From Diplonema japonicum (Eukaryota > Protista > Euglenozoa: Diplonemea), in the NCBI GenBank assembly GCA_964019335.1, contig OZ025680.1, forward strand, positions 534,441 through 598,440: a stretch of 64,000 bases of DNA. The letters run 5' to 3'. Position numbers and translations under genes: made by a program. Below, piece by piece: positions 44,592 through 55,236 of this stretch. Under the pieces are notes generated by a model. That model did no database searches, was not told where the DNA came from, and worked only from the letters and a program-made list of their open reading frames with translations. Numbering within the stretch: the stretch's first letter is position 1; the number at the start of each line of letters is the position of its first letter.

Positions 44592-45522
44592 TTAAAAAAG
44601 CTTTTCTCACTTTTTCCCGCCCTTTGTACTATTTTATTCTTGGAAGAAAATCGTATTGGCGAGATGAGAAAGGAGTTAAAAAGAAGAAGAAAAGAGGAAC
44701 AGAATAAATGAAAGTAAATAGTTACAGCCAAAAGGAAGTTTAAGTGTATTTTTAATACCCCCTCATACCTCTTCCCCATACCCCCCTTCCCCCCTCTTCT
44801 CTTTAAAATAAGTTTAAAAAAAAAACCCCCCTACACACTTATTTCTTGCACCCCTCTACAAAAGAAATTCACGCCTAAAAAAGTTTTATTTTTCTTTTTA
44901 CCTCGCAAAAAAAAATTGACTGTTGTCTCTTGGAAGTCATAAAACTGTTGGTGTGCCTTCCTATCACATGAAAGAATGCTTGCCTTTAAAGCTGTGGGGC
45001 AGCTGCCCCACTTGATGAGCGAAACAAAACCAAAAACTGGTTTTCATGGTAGTTCTTTTTATAACTCACAACTCGTAGCAACAGTCATATTGAATTAACA
45101 ACACTTTTATTCTTTTGATTTCATTTTTTTTTTTATTTCTTCTTTGGTTTGAATCCCTTTTCTCTCCTACAAGGAGCCCTTTGCCCACCCACAACAAAGT
45201 TTTATTTTTATTTTTCGAGAAAAGAGAAGAAGAGGAAAGTCTCCTGGAGCGTTAGGATTGCCTGTCTTGCCTGTGGCAAGGGGCGAAGGTGAGGGGTGCC
45301 TAGAAAAAAAAAGAAATAAGAAAGTGTTGCCATTAACCAAAAAAAAAGAAGAAAAAGAAAAAGAAATGGAAAGGAAGAACAGGGGAAATTGTGTCGTTCC
45401 CCTCTTCCTCTTCTTTTCATCGACCCCCCCCCTTTTTTTTCATCCCTCCCTGCCCACTCCCATAGGTTGTTATTTTTCTTTTTTCAATCTTTCATAAAAA
45501 CTCATTCTCCTCACTCTCAGGA

Positions 45523-47073
45523 ATGCACCGCTTCTGGGTGACAGACCTGACTGGTGCCCAGCATGAAATAGAAGTAGACGGGGAGCTGACACTACCCTAC
45601 GTGAAGCAGGCTGTGGGGCGTGCTCTTGACATCGAGCCTGACACATGCGATTTATATTATGAAGAACGGATAGTAGACAACGTGCAGGATGTGCTGGTGG
45701 CAGACCCCGGGTGTGTGTTCGACATGAGGGCAAGCAAGCAGCTTTCGGCAAAGTTAGCTTTGAAAGACTTGCAGGTGCACCAGGACGTATCACAGCTTGT
45801 TACGAGCATCCAAAGTAAAAACGTAGAAGTAGCGGTCCTCCTCCTCGACGCTGGGGTTGAGTTTGTGACGGACAATTGGTGTGCATTGCATGAAAGTGCC
45901 TTGGAGGGGGACTGTTCCTTAGTCCAGAAGATCCTTGAGGAGCATCCCGAGCTGATTACGAAAAGCCTTGCCAACGACGCCAACACATTGAAGGGGCTGC
46001 CCATCCACTGCGCGGGGTCTGCTGCTGTCGTTGATGCGCTGGTGGCCTTCGGTGCCGACGTTAATTCCCCACTCCTGCGGGGCTTGATATGTCCCAGCGT
46101 GCCGCTCATGACAGCTGCTGCCCGAGGCGCCAGAGGGGCTGTTGAGGCACTCTTGAGACACAACGCCGACATCAAAGATGTCACGCTGGCCTCGATCCCC
46201 GTCATGGGCTCAGAGGTTGACACGGACACTCACGAAATCCTTACATGCCTTCGGCTGTTAATTGATGCAGGAGCGGCTCTGAACGACGAGCTGTTCCCTG
46301 TTCTAATGCACCCCGAGCCGGATTATGTAGAATTCTTCATCGAAATGGGAGCAGACGTGAACAGTACCTTCGACACATGTCCTGTGCTGATGTCTGCGGC
46401 AGCACGCAATTCGCGGCCATGTGCGGAGGTCTTTTTAAACGCTGGAGCCGAGATCGACAAACAGTGTTCGAAAGGAAACACCGCACTCTTCGTTGCTTTA
46501 TGGTACCAGTCACAAGCGCTTACATCTTACCTCATTGAAAAGGGTACTGCACTGCATCACAAAAACAAACAGGGGAAGCAGCCCATCCACATCGCGGCCA
46601 CGATGTGCGTTGCTGTTGATGTATTGTGCGATTTGAAGTGTGATGCCAACGCAAAGGATTCTGCGGGGCTAACCCCCTTACATTATGCGGCTTCTGCAGT
46701 TGCCGAGTGCCAGACGGATAGGGTCATTGCCGGGCCTGATCTTGTGGCTCTCGGGAGCCACCCAGGAGCTCCCCGAGATGCTTTCTTCTTCCCAGACTGC
46801 CCAGCCTCGCCCTCTCCCTCCTACACTACTAGGGGTGATGTGGCTCTTGCCATCACCAGACTGCATACCTCAGGTGCTGACCTCAATTCCCGCTGTGATA
46901 GCGGGTACACCCCTCTGCACATCGCTGCGGCACAGGGAATGACTTGTGCCGTTCAAGTTCTTGTCCGCCTTGGTGCCGATCGCAGCATGAAGTGTCGCAA
47001 AGGGATGACAGCTGAGCAGCTTGCTGGAGGCAATGGGCATTTCAAAACCCTTGGATCCTTCTTACCCAAGTGA
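45523..47073 (+). CDS. Ankyrin-repeat protein with ubiquitin-like N-terminus
   Basis: Repeats GNTALF, GKQPIHIAA, GLTPLHYAA, GYTPLHIAA; N-terminal VTDLTG...VKQAV resembles a Ubl fold. Confidence 0.85.
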   Translation: MHRFWVTDLTGAQHEIEVDGELTLPYVKQAVGRALDIEPDTCDLYYEERIVDNVQDVLVADPGCVFDMRASKQLSAKLALKDLQVHQDVSQLVTSIQSKNVEVAVLLLDAGVEFVTDNWCALHESALEGDCSLVQKILEEHPELITKSLANDANTLKGLPIHCAGSAAVVDALVAFGADVNSPLLRGLICPSVPLMTAAARGARGAVEALLRHNADIKDVTLASIPVMGSEVDTDTHEILTCLRLLIDAGAALNDELFPVLMHPEPDYVEFFIEMGADVNSTFDTCPVLMSAAARNSRPCAEVFLNAGAEIDKQCSKGNTALFVALWYQSQALTSYLIEKGTALHHKNKQGKQPIHIAATMCVAVDVLCDLKCDANAKDSAGLTPLHYAASAVAECQTDRVIAGPDLVALGSHPGAPRDAFFFPDCPASPSPSYTTRGDVALAITRLHTSGADLNSRCDSGYTPLHIAAAQGMTCAVQVLVRLGADRSMKCRKGMTAEQLAGGNGHFKTLGSFLPK

Positions 47074-47181
47074 TTTTTATCTTGTTACATCCTTTCTTTT
47101 ATCTTCTAAGCATGTTCTACTTTATGAAACTTTGTTGCCGTAGTAACGAAACCTTACAGGGCAGGTTGGGCAACAGGAATT

Positions 47182-49962
47182 ATGCCAGCAAGACGCGTGG
47201 TGCGCTCTACAGGGACCGCTCCCGTGAGTAAAAAGAAGACTAAATCTAAACTGACGGTGCCCGAATCAGCAGTAAGCAGGACCCCTTCTGAAGATGATCT
47301 GGAACACTCACTGACCACAAAGCGAACCATCTCAAGCGGTGGGGGTTTCCTTGGAGTGCCTGAAGAGGGTCTCCTGGCAAGGAAAGCATCCATCAACAAA
47401 GCGAAAGCGAGACAGTTGTCACGAAAACTCTCCTTCAATGCTGATGACAATGTGAAGGCGTGTGTTCGAGTCCGCCCCTTCAGGGACATCGAGCGTGAGC
47501 CTGCTGTGCCTTCTTGTGTCAAGGTGAAGGGACGAACTGTGACGATGCCGCACAACGGCGTGCAGCACTCGTTTGAGTTCGACCACGTGTTTTGGTCTGT
47601 CGACGAAAGCGATCCCGATTTTGCTGAGCAATCCACAGTCCACGAGGCTCTGGGCTCCAGGATACTGGAACACGTGTTCAAGGGGTACAACGCATGCATC
47701 ATGGCCTACGGTCAAACCGGGAGTGGTAAAACCTATACCATGATGGGGCCTGATTCAGTTTTCAACGAGAGGGGTCTAACGCCAAGGGTGTGTGAGGAGC
47801 TTTTTGCACGTCTGAACACTGAAGAGAGGAATCTGGAGGACGCAAGCATCCAGAGGTCGTATCAGATCGAAGTGCGATACATGGAGGTGTACATGGAGAA
47901 GGTCAGAGATCTGCTCGATGCAGGAAACCAAAGGAAGATGCTGAAAGTAAGACTGCACCCCATCACAGGCCCTTTCGTTGAAGGATTGTCATGCCATGAA
48001 GTCTCGTCCTGGCCTCAGTGCTTTGATCTCATCAGCCAGGGTATGAAGGCACGTGCCGTTGCGTCCACTAGGATGAACGATGTTTCCAGCAGATCGCATG
48101 CCATATTTAGGATTACCCTGACGCAGACCACGCGGATAGGTGGTCTGCAGTCTACTAGAATGGCTAACCTGAACCTTGTGGACTTAGCAGGCAGTGAGAG
48201 AGTGTCGCGTTCAGGTGTTCAGGGGGATCATTTAGCAGAGGCTGCCAAGGTGAACTTATCACTTTCGACCTTACGAAAGGTGATCGACGCATTGTTGCTG
48301 AAGCCCGGCGGGTCAAAGCGTCCTCTTGTGCCGTACCGTGAGTCCGTGCTTACGTGGGTTTTGTCTGATTCATTGGGGGGCAACTCACGTACCATGTTGC
48401 TTGCGACAGTGTCACCGCATTTCAGCAATTCTGAAGAAACTCTCTCAACGCTGGTCTACGCTAACAAAGCGAGGAAGATCGTGAACAACGTGAATGTGAA
48501 CGAAGACAACTCCCTTGAAATCATGCAGGAACTCCAGCAGACACTTGCTACCATGAAACAGGAACGCGTACAGTCACAGCTCCGCAATAGTAGCGTGCGG
48601 GTTCAAGAACTGGAAGAAGCTATCGAGCTCAACGAGAAGGCCCTTCAAGACATGGAGAACCAAAGCTCCAAGCTTGAAGCAAAGTACGCTGGTGAAGTCC
48701 GCGAGCTGAGAACAGTTGTTGCGGAGAAGGAAAGGCGGTCTATCCAACTAACTGAAGAAAACAGGCAACTAGAAGAAGAAAAACAAGAAGCACTGTGCCG
48801 CAGAGAGTCCTTAAGAATACGCTACAACAAAGCCAACGACCGGCTGTTGTCAAAAGAGGGGAAACTTCTGGATGCAGAAAGGAACAAACATGTTCTAGAG
48901 TCCGAAAATGAGCACCTGCAAAAGGACCTCGATAAGGAGACAAAGTCGCGAGATCTGGCAGAGAAGAAGGTAGATGTGATGCGTAACGAAGTGTCTACCA
49001 TCAAGAAAAAGATGGACAACTTCGACATGAAGTGGGCCCATGTCTCCACGGACACAGAATCGTGGAAGAGACGGGCCAAGCAGGCGGAGGAAGAAGCCGA
49101 CGAGGTTTCGCTGGAGCTTGCGAAGACGCAGCGCGAGAACAAAAAATTGAACGAAGCTGTCGAGATTATGAAAAAGGACATAGCCATTCTCAAGGCCGCG
49201 AACTCGGATGAGGTATTGCTCTCTACTGAGAAGGATGCCTTGAAAGACAAGGAGCTGAAGGAGTTGAAACAGAGAAATACAGAGCTAGAGCTTCATCTCG
49301 GGACGGAAACAGCGAAGAATGCAAAGCTGTCGGCAACAGCAGAGGTGATGGAGACGTCGTCTATCGCGTCTGACAAGAGGGCAGCAAACTTGTCAGTTGA
49401 GCTGAAGAAGACACGGGAGGGGGCTTTGGCCGATGCGCTGCAGAAGGATTTGGAGTGGAAGCTGAAGTTAGAAGGGGAACGTGATGCGTTGGTGATCAAG
49501 ACGAAGGAGCTGGGGGTGGAGTATGAAAAGAATCTGAAGGAAAGTTCTAAGAGGTACGAAATCGCACTGGAGAAGGAGCAAGACAACATCATCAAAATGA
49601 AGGCAGAATTTGCCGAAGAGTTGCAGCACCTAGAGAGTAAGTACTCTGATCTGCACAAAACCCTTCCTGTGTTGCGGAGGCTGCACGATCACATATTTGA
49701 GGTTGTCAATCAAGCCAACGAAGACTCGAAGCGCAACCCCAGCGCGTACACAGCAGAGCACCTGAGGTTGGTTAACATCGTGCTCCGATTCGACTCCTCT
49801 CTCAAGTCAGCCCCACTTCCTCACACTCTCGCCACGGCAACCCCTGCCTCGCTGACCTCCCCCAAGACCCGTCCACCACCCGTAGTGCAGTCCCCCACCA
49901 AGGCGGTACCGGTGACTCCACCGAAGCTTGCCTTCTGTAAGTTTGGCGGTTCACAAGCATAG
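47182..49962 (+). CDS. Kinesin motor protein, kinesin-3-like, with long coiled coil
   Basis: AYGQTGSGKTYTM, HPITGPFVEGLS, NDVSSRSHAIF, LVDLAGSER, VPYRESVLTW. Confidence 0.93.
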   Translation: MPARRVVRSTGTAPVSKKKTKSKLTVPESAVSRTPSEDDLEHSLTTKRTISSGGGFLGVPEEGLLARKASINKAKARQLSRKLSFNADDNVKACVRVRPFRDIEREPAVPSCVKVKGRTVTMPHNGVQHSFEFDHVFWSVDESDPDFAEQSTVHEALGSRILEHVFKGYNACIMAYGQTGSGKTYTMMGPDSVFNERGLTPRVCEELFARLNTEERNLEDASIQRSYQIEVRYMEVYMEKVRDLLDAGNQRKMLKVRLHPITGPFVEGLSCHEVSSWPQCFDLISQGMKARAVASTRMNDVSSRSHAIFRITLTQTTRIGGLQSTRMANLNLVDLAGSERVSRSGVQGDHLAEAAKVNLSLSTLRKVIDALLLKPGGSKRPLVPYRESVLTWVLSDSLGGNSRTMLLATVSPHFSNSEETLSTLVYANKARKIVNNVNVNEDNSLEIMQELQQTLATMKQERVQSQLRNSSVRVQELEEAIELNEKALQDMENQSSKLEAKYAGEVRELRTVVAEKERRSIQLTEENRQLEEEKQEALCRRESLRIRYNKANDRLLSKEGKLLDAERNKHVLESENEHLQKDLDKETKSRDLAEKKVDVMRNEVSTIKKKMDNFDMKWAHVSTDTESWKRRAKQAEEEADEVSLELAKTQRENKKLNEAVEIMKKDIAILKAANSDEVLLSTEKDALKDKELKELKQRNTELELHLGTETAKNAKLSATAEVMETSSIASDKRAANLSVELKKTREGALADALQKDLEWKLKLEGERDALVIKTKELGVEYEKNLKESSKRYEIALEKEQDNIIKMKAEFAEELQHLESKYSDLHKTLPVLRRLHDHIFEVVNQANEDSKRNPSAYTAEHLRLVNIVLRFDSSLKSAPLPHTLATATPASLTSPKTRPPPVVQSPTKAVPVTPPKLAFCKFGGSQA

Positions 49963-50144
49963 ATAGAAAGAAGCCGAGGTAACGTTTATTTATGTTAACA
50001 ACCTGGTTTATTTTGTCAATAATAAACTATAATCGTGGCAGCGTGCCAAGCCCGATATATTTTCTTTCTTCCAACAGTTACTTTATTCCTGTATTCTGTT
50101 TGAGCGTTTAAAAAAAGAAAAAAAGAAAAAAAAAGTGTTGAGTA

Positions 50145-50314
50145 CTGTAAACTCCTTAATGTTCTCAGAATGCCGGTGTTCCCGGAATTATGTCCCAGTG
50201 CCCGCTTTGGCAGAAAAAAAAACTCGAAGTAAAAAAGGACAATCTGAGGACAATTTTACATAGCCTTCCCCAAAGGAAATAAACCCGGGACCAAATATAG
50301 TAAGAGGTTTACAG
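50145..50314. mobile_element. TA-flanked MITE (Tc1/mariner/pogo-type)
   Basis: TA|CTGTAAACTCCTTA ... TAAGAGGTTTACAG|TA. Confidence 0.6.
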
Positions 50315-50796
50315 TACTTTTTTATTTATCCCCGTCTTCCTCTTTTATTCTCGTTTCTTTAGGAGGATTTTGACATTGTTGTTGTTTCCACTTTCTTTGT
50401 TCTGTTGTGTACTAGAGCAGGGCAATGGGCACGGTTAAGTGGGGAAAGATTTGTCGTTCAAATACAATCCGTTGACAGCCTCCGGCCAGCTTTTTCCCTT
50501 CTTCCCTCTTCCCCCCGCGGGATTCTTATTTTTCTTTGTGACCAATCCGCCGTTGTATCTGCCTCCCCATTTCCGTTTGCGAGCCCCTTTGTTTTTATTT
50601 TCTTGTCTTCAGGCACAATACGGGTGCACCGCAGTGATCTTCTCGGCCCCCTTGCGCATCAATGAATATTTCGGATGTAAGGCAAACAGAAATGCATCTC
50701 ACCCTTCTCAACTAAAGACAAAAGTTTTTTTTGCGGCCTCCTTCATTGACACAGTTTAGCGCTTTCATTGTTCGTTGCTATGTATTCACACAGGCC

Positions 50797-52110
50797 ATGC
50801 AAAAGTACACGGTCAACAAACTATTATTCTCCGATGGGCCCGTGGTGATGGTGCACGTGACGAGAAAAAAGGATGGACAAGATCTGGCAATGAAGGTGCA
50901 AAATTTCGCGAACCGGACGCAAGCCGACGAGCGCATGGAAGAAGTATGGCGACTGGCGGGATTTAGCCACAAGAACCTGATGCCTACCATAGAAGTTTTC
51001 TCTTCCGTGTCTGACCTAAACGAATGCCGCCAGCATGTTGTAATGCCGTACTACACTACAACACTCGAGACCCTCATACAAGAAAAGGCTGGTGAAGGCC
51101 TGCCAAAGGAGATGGTGGCCCAGATGCTCAAAAACATTGGAGAAGCATTGTCGCACATGCACGGCAAAGGGAAGGTGCACAAAGAAGTGGTTCCCTTAAA
51201 CATATTCAAAAGAGACGGGAAGAGCAGTCCTGAGTTTGTATTAGGTGACCGGGGCTTGCCTGAGGATGTAAAGAGCAATGAGGGTATACTCGGTCGTGAT
51301 TACATTCCGCCTGAGCTGCGTCAGGGTGGAAAGAAGAATCAGACGAACTTAACAGGGAAAATCGACCTATGGGCGCTTGGGGTTGCAGCGTCGCGTGCTG
51401 TGGTGACTGAGGGGCAGTGGGAGCGGATATGCAGAAGGATGCGGCACAACCATGTTCGTGCCGTGGCCTTCTTGGGCGACATGCTGCAAGACAAAATCGG
51501 CACTACGTTGGCAGCCGTTGTGCTGCAGCTGCTCCAGCAGGATCCTGTCCGCAGGCCGGACGCAAGAACCTTCTTAGAGGCGCTCCGTAAGGCCACAGCC
51601 GACCCCGCCATCAAGTTTGTGAAGATGCACCGTGACGGTATCCTCGTCGACGCCAATAACCAGTGGTACCACTGTGTGCAGTACAAGCTGAACAGCATGT
51701 TGATGTCAAATCTAGAAGAAGCAGCTGCGGCAGACCCCCGTGTTGTAGGTTTTTACTACCACAACCCCCGTTCAGAGGGCGGTCTAATGTACGACTACGA
51801 GAAGATTAAGGGTGAAGCCTGGCCAATCACCGACCCTGTACTCACACGCTGCGGCGGCTTCATTACATGGTCCTCGAGCAATCGCGGCTGGAACGGCACC
51901 GGCCCCCCAAGCAACAAGACCACCACCGAGGTCGGGAAGGGGTGGGAGACCTGGACGGCCCACAAACGTGAGGCAGCTATAGTGCTCACACCGGAAGTCG
52001 TTGCCTTTTCCGACCTGCTCTGCAGTCGGAATGAAGGGCGCAACGCACAGGACCCGGAAATTGATTCTATCTACGAGCTCATGGATTCTTTGAAGCACGA
52101 CGCAGAATAG
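50797..52110 (+). CDS. Pseudokinase (NEK-like fold) with unknown C-terminal domain
   Basis: LAMK, HKE in place of HRD, DRG in place of DFG, YIPPE, DLWALG, DPVRRP. Confidence 0.75.
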   Translation: MQKYTVNKLLFSDGPVVMVHVTRKKDGQDLAMKVQNFANRTQADERMEEVWRLAGFSHKNLMPTIEVFSSVSDLNECRQHVVMPYYTTTLETLIQEKAGEGLPKEMVAQMLKNIGEALSHMHGKGKVHKEVVPLNIFKRDGKSSPEFVLGDRGLPEDVKSNEGILGRDYIPPELRQGGKKNQTNLTGKIDLWALGVAASRAVVTEGQWERICRRMRHNHVRAVAFLGDMLQDKIGTTLAAVVLQLLQQDPVRRPDARTFLEALRKATADPAIKFVKMHRDGILVDANNQWYHCVQYKLNSMLMSNLEEAAAADPRVVGFYYHNPRSEGGLMYDYEKIKGEAWPITDPVLTRCGGFITWSSSNRGWNGTGPPSNKTTTEVGKGWETWTAHKREAAIVLTPEVVAFSDLLCSRNEGRNAQDPEIDSIYELMDSLKHDAE

Positions 52111-52257
52111 GCCCCCTAGCCCGTTATCTGTTTTGTGACATTGGTTTAGTCTCTCTTTTTTTTTTTTTTTTTTTTTTTTTCTTTCTTTTTTCAGTTCAGT
52201 TGATACGTAGGGAAAACCACTTTTCATCTAACAGCCCCACTGTACTCACTTCACAAA

Positions 52258-52908
52258 ATGCGATCGAGACAATACCGAAAAGGTCTGCTCATACAAGGCG
52301 CCAGCTACGACCTGACCGTCATGAAACTACGGCTGGCAGGGTTTGCCACGCATCAGGTGCACCTTGTGTCGCCTACCTGTTACGGGCGGCAAGATTTATT
52401 GGTGTATCCGGTGCAGGGGAACACGGAACAGGCGGACGGGCCGTTGCGATGGGTGTTGAGAACTTTAAATGTTGAGTACGAAGGTCTGAAGGTTGTGACA
52501 CTGAACCAGGACCCGCGACAGGATACAAAGGTGGTGATGCTTCAAGTACGGGGTGTAGCAGATCTGAGTGAGAAAGACGCCATGCGGTTAGTGCAGCACT
52601 TCAATACCACCTGCAGGAAAGCAGTCGAACCTGAAGACTACGAAGTAGGTGTGCAAAAGAACCCATCACCGAGAACTCCTGGAATCACCACTATTTATTT
52701 ACAACTCCCAACCGTTGCTGAGGCTACGGCTATCGCAAGCTATCAACGGCCAGCCTTTGATGGCACCCCCTACGTGTTAATCGCAGGACAAGAGATCACC
52801 CTCCACACACTGCAAACCTCTCCAAAGTCACACGTTTTCCGCAACATGCAAGACCGAAGTGAATATGATATCCCTTACCATTCTAACCCTTATACATATA
52901 GCTGGTGA
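52258..52908 (+). CDS. Hypothetical protein
   Basis: 216-aa ORF of normal composition after a polypyrimidine tract, on the same strand as its neighbours. Confidence 0.6.
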   Translation: MRSRQYRKGLLIQGASYDLTVMKLRLAGFATHQVHLVSPTCYGRQDLLVYPVQGNTEQADGPLRWVLRTLNVEYEGLKVVTLNQDPRQDTKVVMLQVRGVADLSEKDAMRLVQHFNTTCRKAVEPEDYEVGVQKNPSPRTPGITTIYLQLPTVAEATAIASYQRPAFDGTPYVLIAGQEITLHTLQTSPKSHVFRNMQDRSEYDIPYHSNPYTYSW

Positions 52909-53219
52909 ATACAGACAGTTGGTGTACTTTTGCTTATCTCAACCTCCCTAGCTTCTGGAAATTCTGCAACGCGGTTAACCGCTAAAGGTGAACTCGGGGC
53001 CTATCTAGTTCCACTTTGCCTTCTCCCTTTTTTTTTCTTATCCTTCTCTACCCTTCCAATTTTACACTCTGCTTTCTAAATATGCAATCGAAATCTCTCA
53101 GGTGCAATAGGATTCTCTCCCGTTAGACCTTTTGACTGTAAGCCTTTAGCGGGTTTTCAAAACAATGGCGGGTTTGCAGGAACTCAATCGACAAAGTCTT
53201 TAGTTCGTAACGTCGGGCT

Positions 53220-53263
<44 letters not shown>

Positions 53264-53329
53264 AGGCGTCCTGTCACATACCGCAGGTACCCTTAAATGT
53301 CTCTTTTTTTTTTTTAGGCGCGCAGAATC

Positions 53330-54167
53330 AAAGCTCTCATCGTAAAGATAAACACAGCATGCAGGGCACGGAAGAAGCGACGCCCCTTCCCAGCGGACGA
53401 GAGAAAAAGAGTGAAGTCCCTCATCGCCATTGGAGGAAAGGCAGCTATTGGTTTCTCCAGGAGGCCTATTTTCGCCACCCGCTCCACGCACGACAAGCTA
53501 ATGGAATTGAAAGCCGACTACAAGCGGGACCGCATCACACGACTCCGCAAGACGCTCACGGCCTCAATCGGAATGAAAGCAATGCTCCAGAAGCGCTGAC
53601 GGGGCAGGCAAGCAGACACAGGCGGCGAGGCTCGTGGCTCGCCTCCATGAGAACGGGTACCCCGTGCGCACGATGGACTTCCCACGTGACGATGCTGCGT
53701 ATGGCAAGAAGATCCGGGAGATCCTGTCTGGCAAGCACGGTAGCATCAGCGAGGTGTCGCCGCTGCTCTTCGCGACCGTCTACTCCTTCAACAGGGACGA
53801 CCTCCGCAAGGGCTACAATGTGATCCTCGACAGGTTCATGGAGTCCTCATACGGGCACCAGGCAGCAAAGCTCGATACCCCCGAAGAGAAGGCTAAGATG
53901 ATAGGCAGTCTTGAGGCTTACGAGACAAAGTGGCTTGGCATCCCAGCCTCCTCTGCTGTGCTTTATCTCGACCTTGACCCGCAGGTCGCCATGAAGGCCA
54001 TGCAACAGGACGGGACACGCAAGGAGCTCGACATCCATGAGAAGGCACGCGCTAACTACAAAGAGTCCGTCAGAGCATGCTTCAGATGGTGCTGTGAGCA
54101 CTTCGCCCACTGGCAAGAGATGCCCCAGCAGACAGAGGACGGTGCACGCAAGACAAGGGACAGATAG
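53330..54167 (+). pseudogene. Thymidylate kinase pseudogene (frameshifted P-loop, internal deletions)
   Basis: gaa gc gct gac ggg gca ggc aag cag aca cag reads E-[G missing 1 nt]-ADGAGKQTQ; also DFP, NVILDRF, YLDLDP, DIHE. Confidence 0.75.
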
Positions 54168-55146
54168 ACCCCCCCCCTCCCATAGGGCGGCCCTCTAGCG
54201 GGGGGCTTGTCCTGTACTTTGAGTTTTTTTTCTTACGCTCCATATTCGCTAAGTGACCCGCCCTATGTCCCAAAGGAAAAGCTAAGAGCTGGGGAGCGAC
54301 GACCTGGTGCGGGACACGGTCAAGGTGCGCAACAAGGAGAACTGGGCCCCGGTGAACAGTGCGGTGGCTTGGCTGCAGCTCGAGTCGGGGAGGGCACGGG
54401 TGGGGCCCATACCCCACAAGAAGAGGTCCAAAGGCTCGCTGGCCAGATAGGCCAGCGGGGGTGTGGGGGGCTGTTCTCCCCCCCCCCCGCCATAGGAAGA
54501 TGTGAAACTTTTTTTTTTTTTTTCTGAGAAAAAAAAAAAGGGAAAAATAAAAGAATAGGGAACAGGTGCTACAACGGCCAGGCTAGATAGAACCACTTAG
54601 ATTTTTTTTTTTTTTCCTTTTTTTTTTTTTCTTTTTGTTTTTCCTTTTTTTTTTTTTTTTTTTATTTTTCTGTTTTTCTTTTTCTTTTTCTTTTTGAAGT
54701 GGAACCATCTCGGTCGACGTTTTTTTTTTTTTTTTTTTTTTTTTTTCTTTTTTCTTTTGTGGTGATGTGTTTTTCCTGTTTTTGATTTTCTTCTTCCCCC
54801 GCTCTATGCTTTTTCGCATGGACATTGGCCACTCTGCCCCTTTCCCCTTTTTTGATTCTCCCTCTTTCCCCCTCCTAAATTTTACCCCCTGCCCCACTCA
54901 TTCCTCCCTAGTATGTTTTTGAATTTGCCTCTTCTTCTTTTAAGCCTTTTTTGAGATTTTTATTTTTGAATTTTTATCATTTGGAGTTGCTTCTTCTTCT
55001 TCCCCTCTCCCTCCCATAAAGAAAAAGAGAAACCCATGCCTTCCTCCCAGGTTGGAACTTGATTGTCTGTTTTGGAATATTTTTATTTTCTCTTAAGATT
55101 TATCGTGCCTTGTGTGTCTTTTGAAGAAAAAAAAAAAAAAAAAACA

Positions 55147-55192
55147 TTCTCAAGTCCCCCTTTTTATTTATTTTCTCAAGTCCCCCTTTTTA
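55147..55192. repeat. 20-bp direct repeat TTCTCAAGTCCCCCTTTTTA x2 just upstream of the SL exon
   Basis: Identical copies at 55147-55166 and 55173-55192. Confidence 0.9.
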
Positions 55193-55197
55193 AAAAA

Positions 55198-55236
55198 AAC
55201 CAACGATTCTAAAGCTACAGTTTCTGTACTTTATTG
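55198..55236 (+). ncRNA. Complete 39-nt spliced-leader (mini-exon) sequence, diplonemid type
   Basis: AACCAACGATTCTAAAGCTACAGTTTCTGTACTTTATTG: 39 nt with the conserved kinetoplastid/diplonemid 3' half CAGTTTCTGTACTTTATTG. Confidence 0.93.

Noticed and set aside
52979-53152. Possible TTAA MITE (CCGCTAAAGG / CCTTTAGCGG)
   Set aside because: Only a 10-bp inverted match, and the right-hand TTAA is absent.
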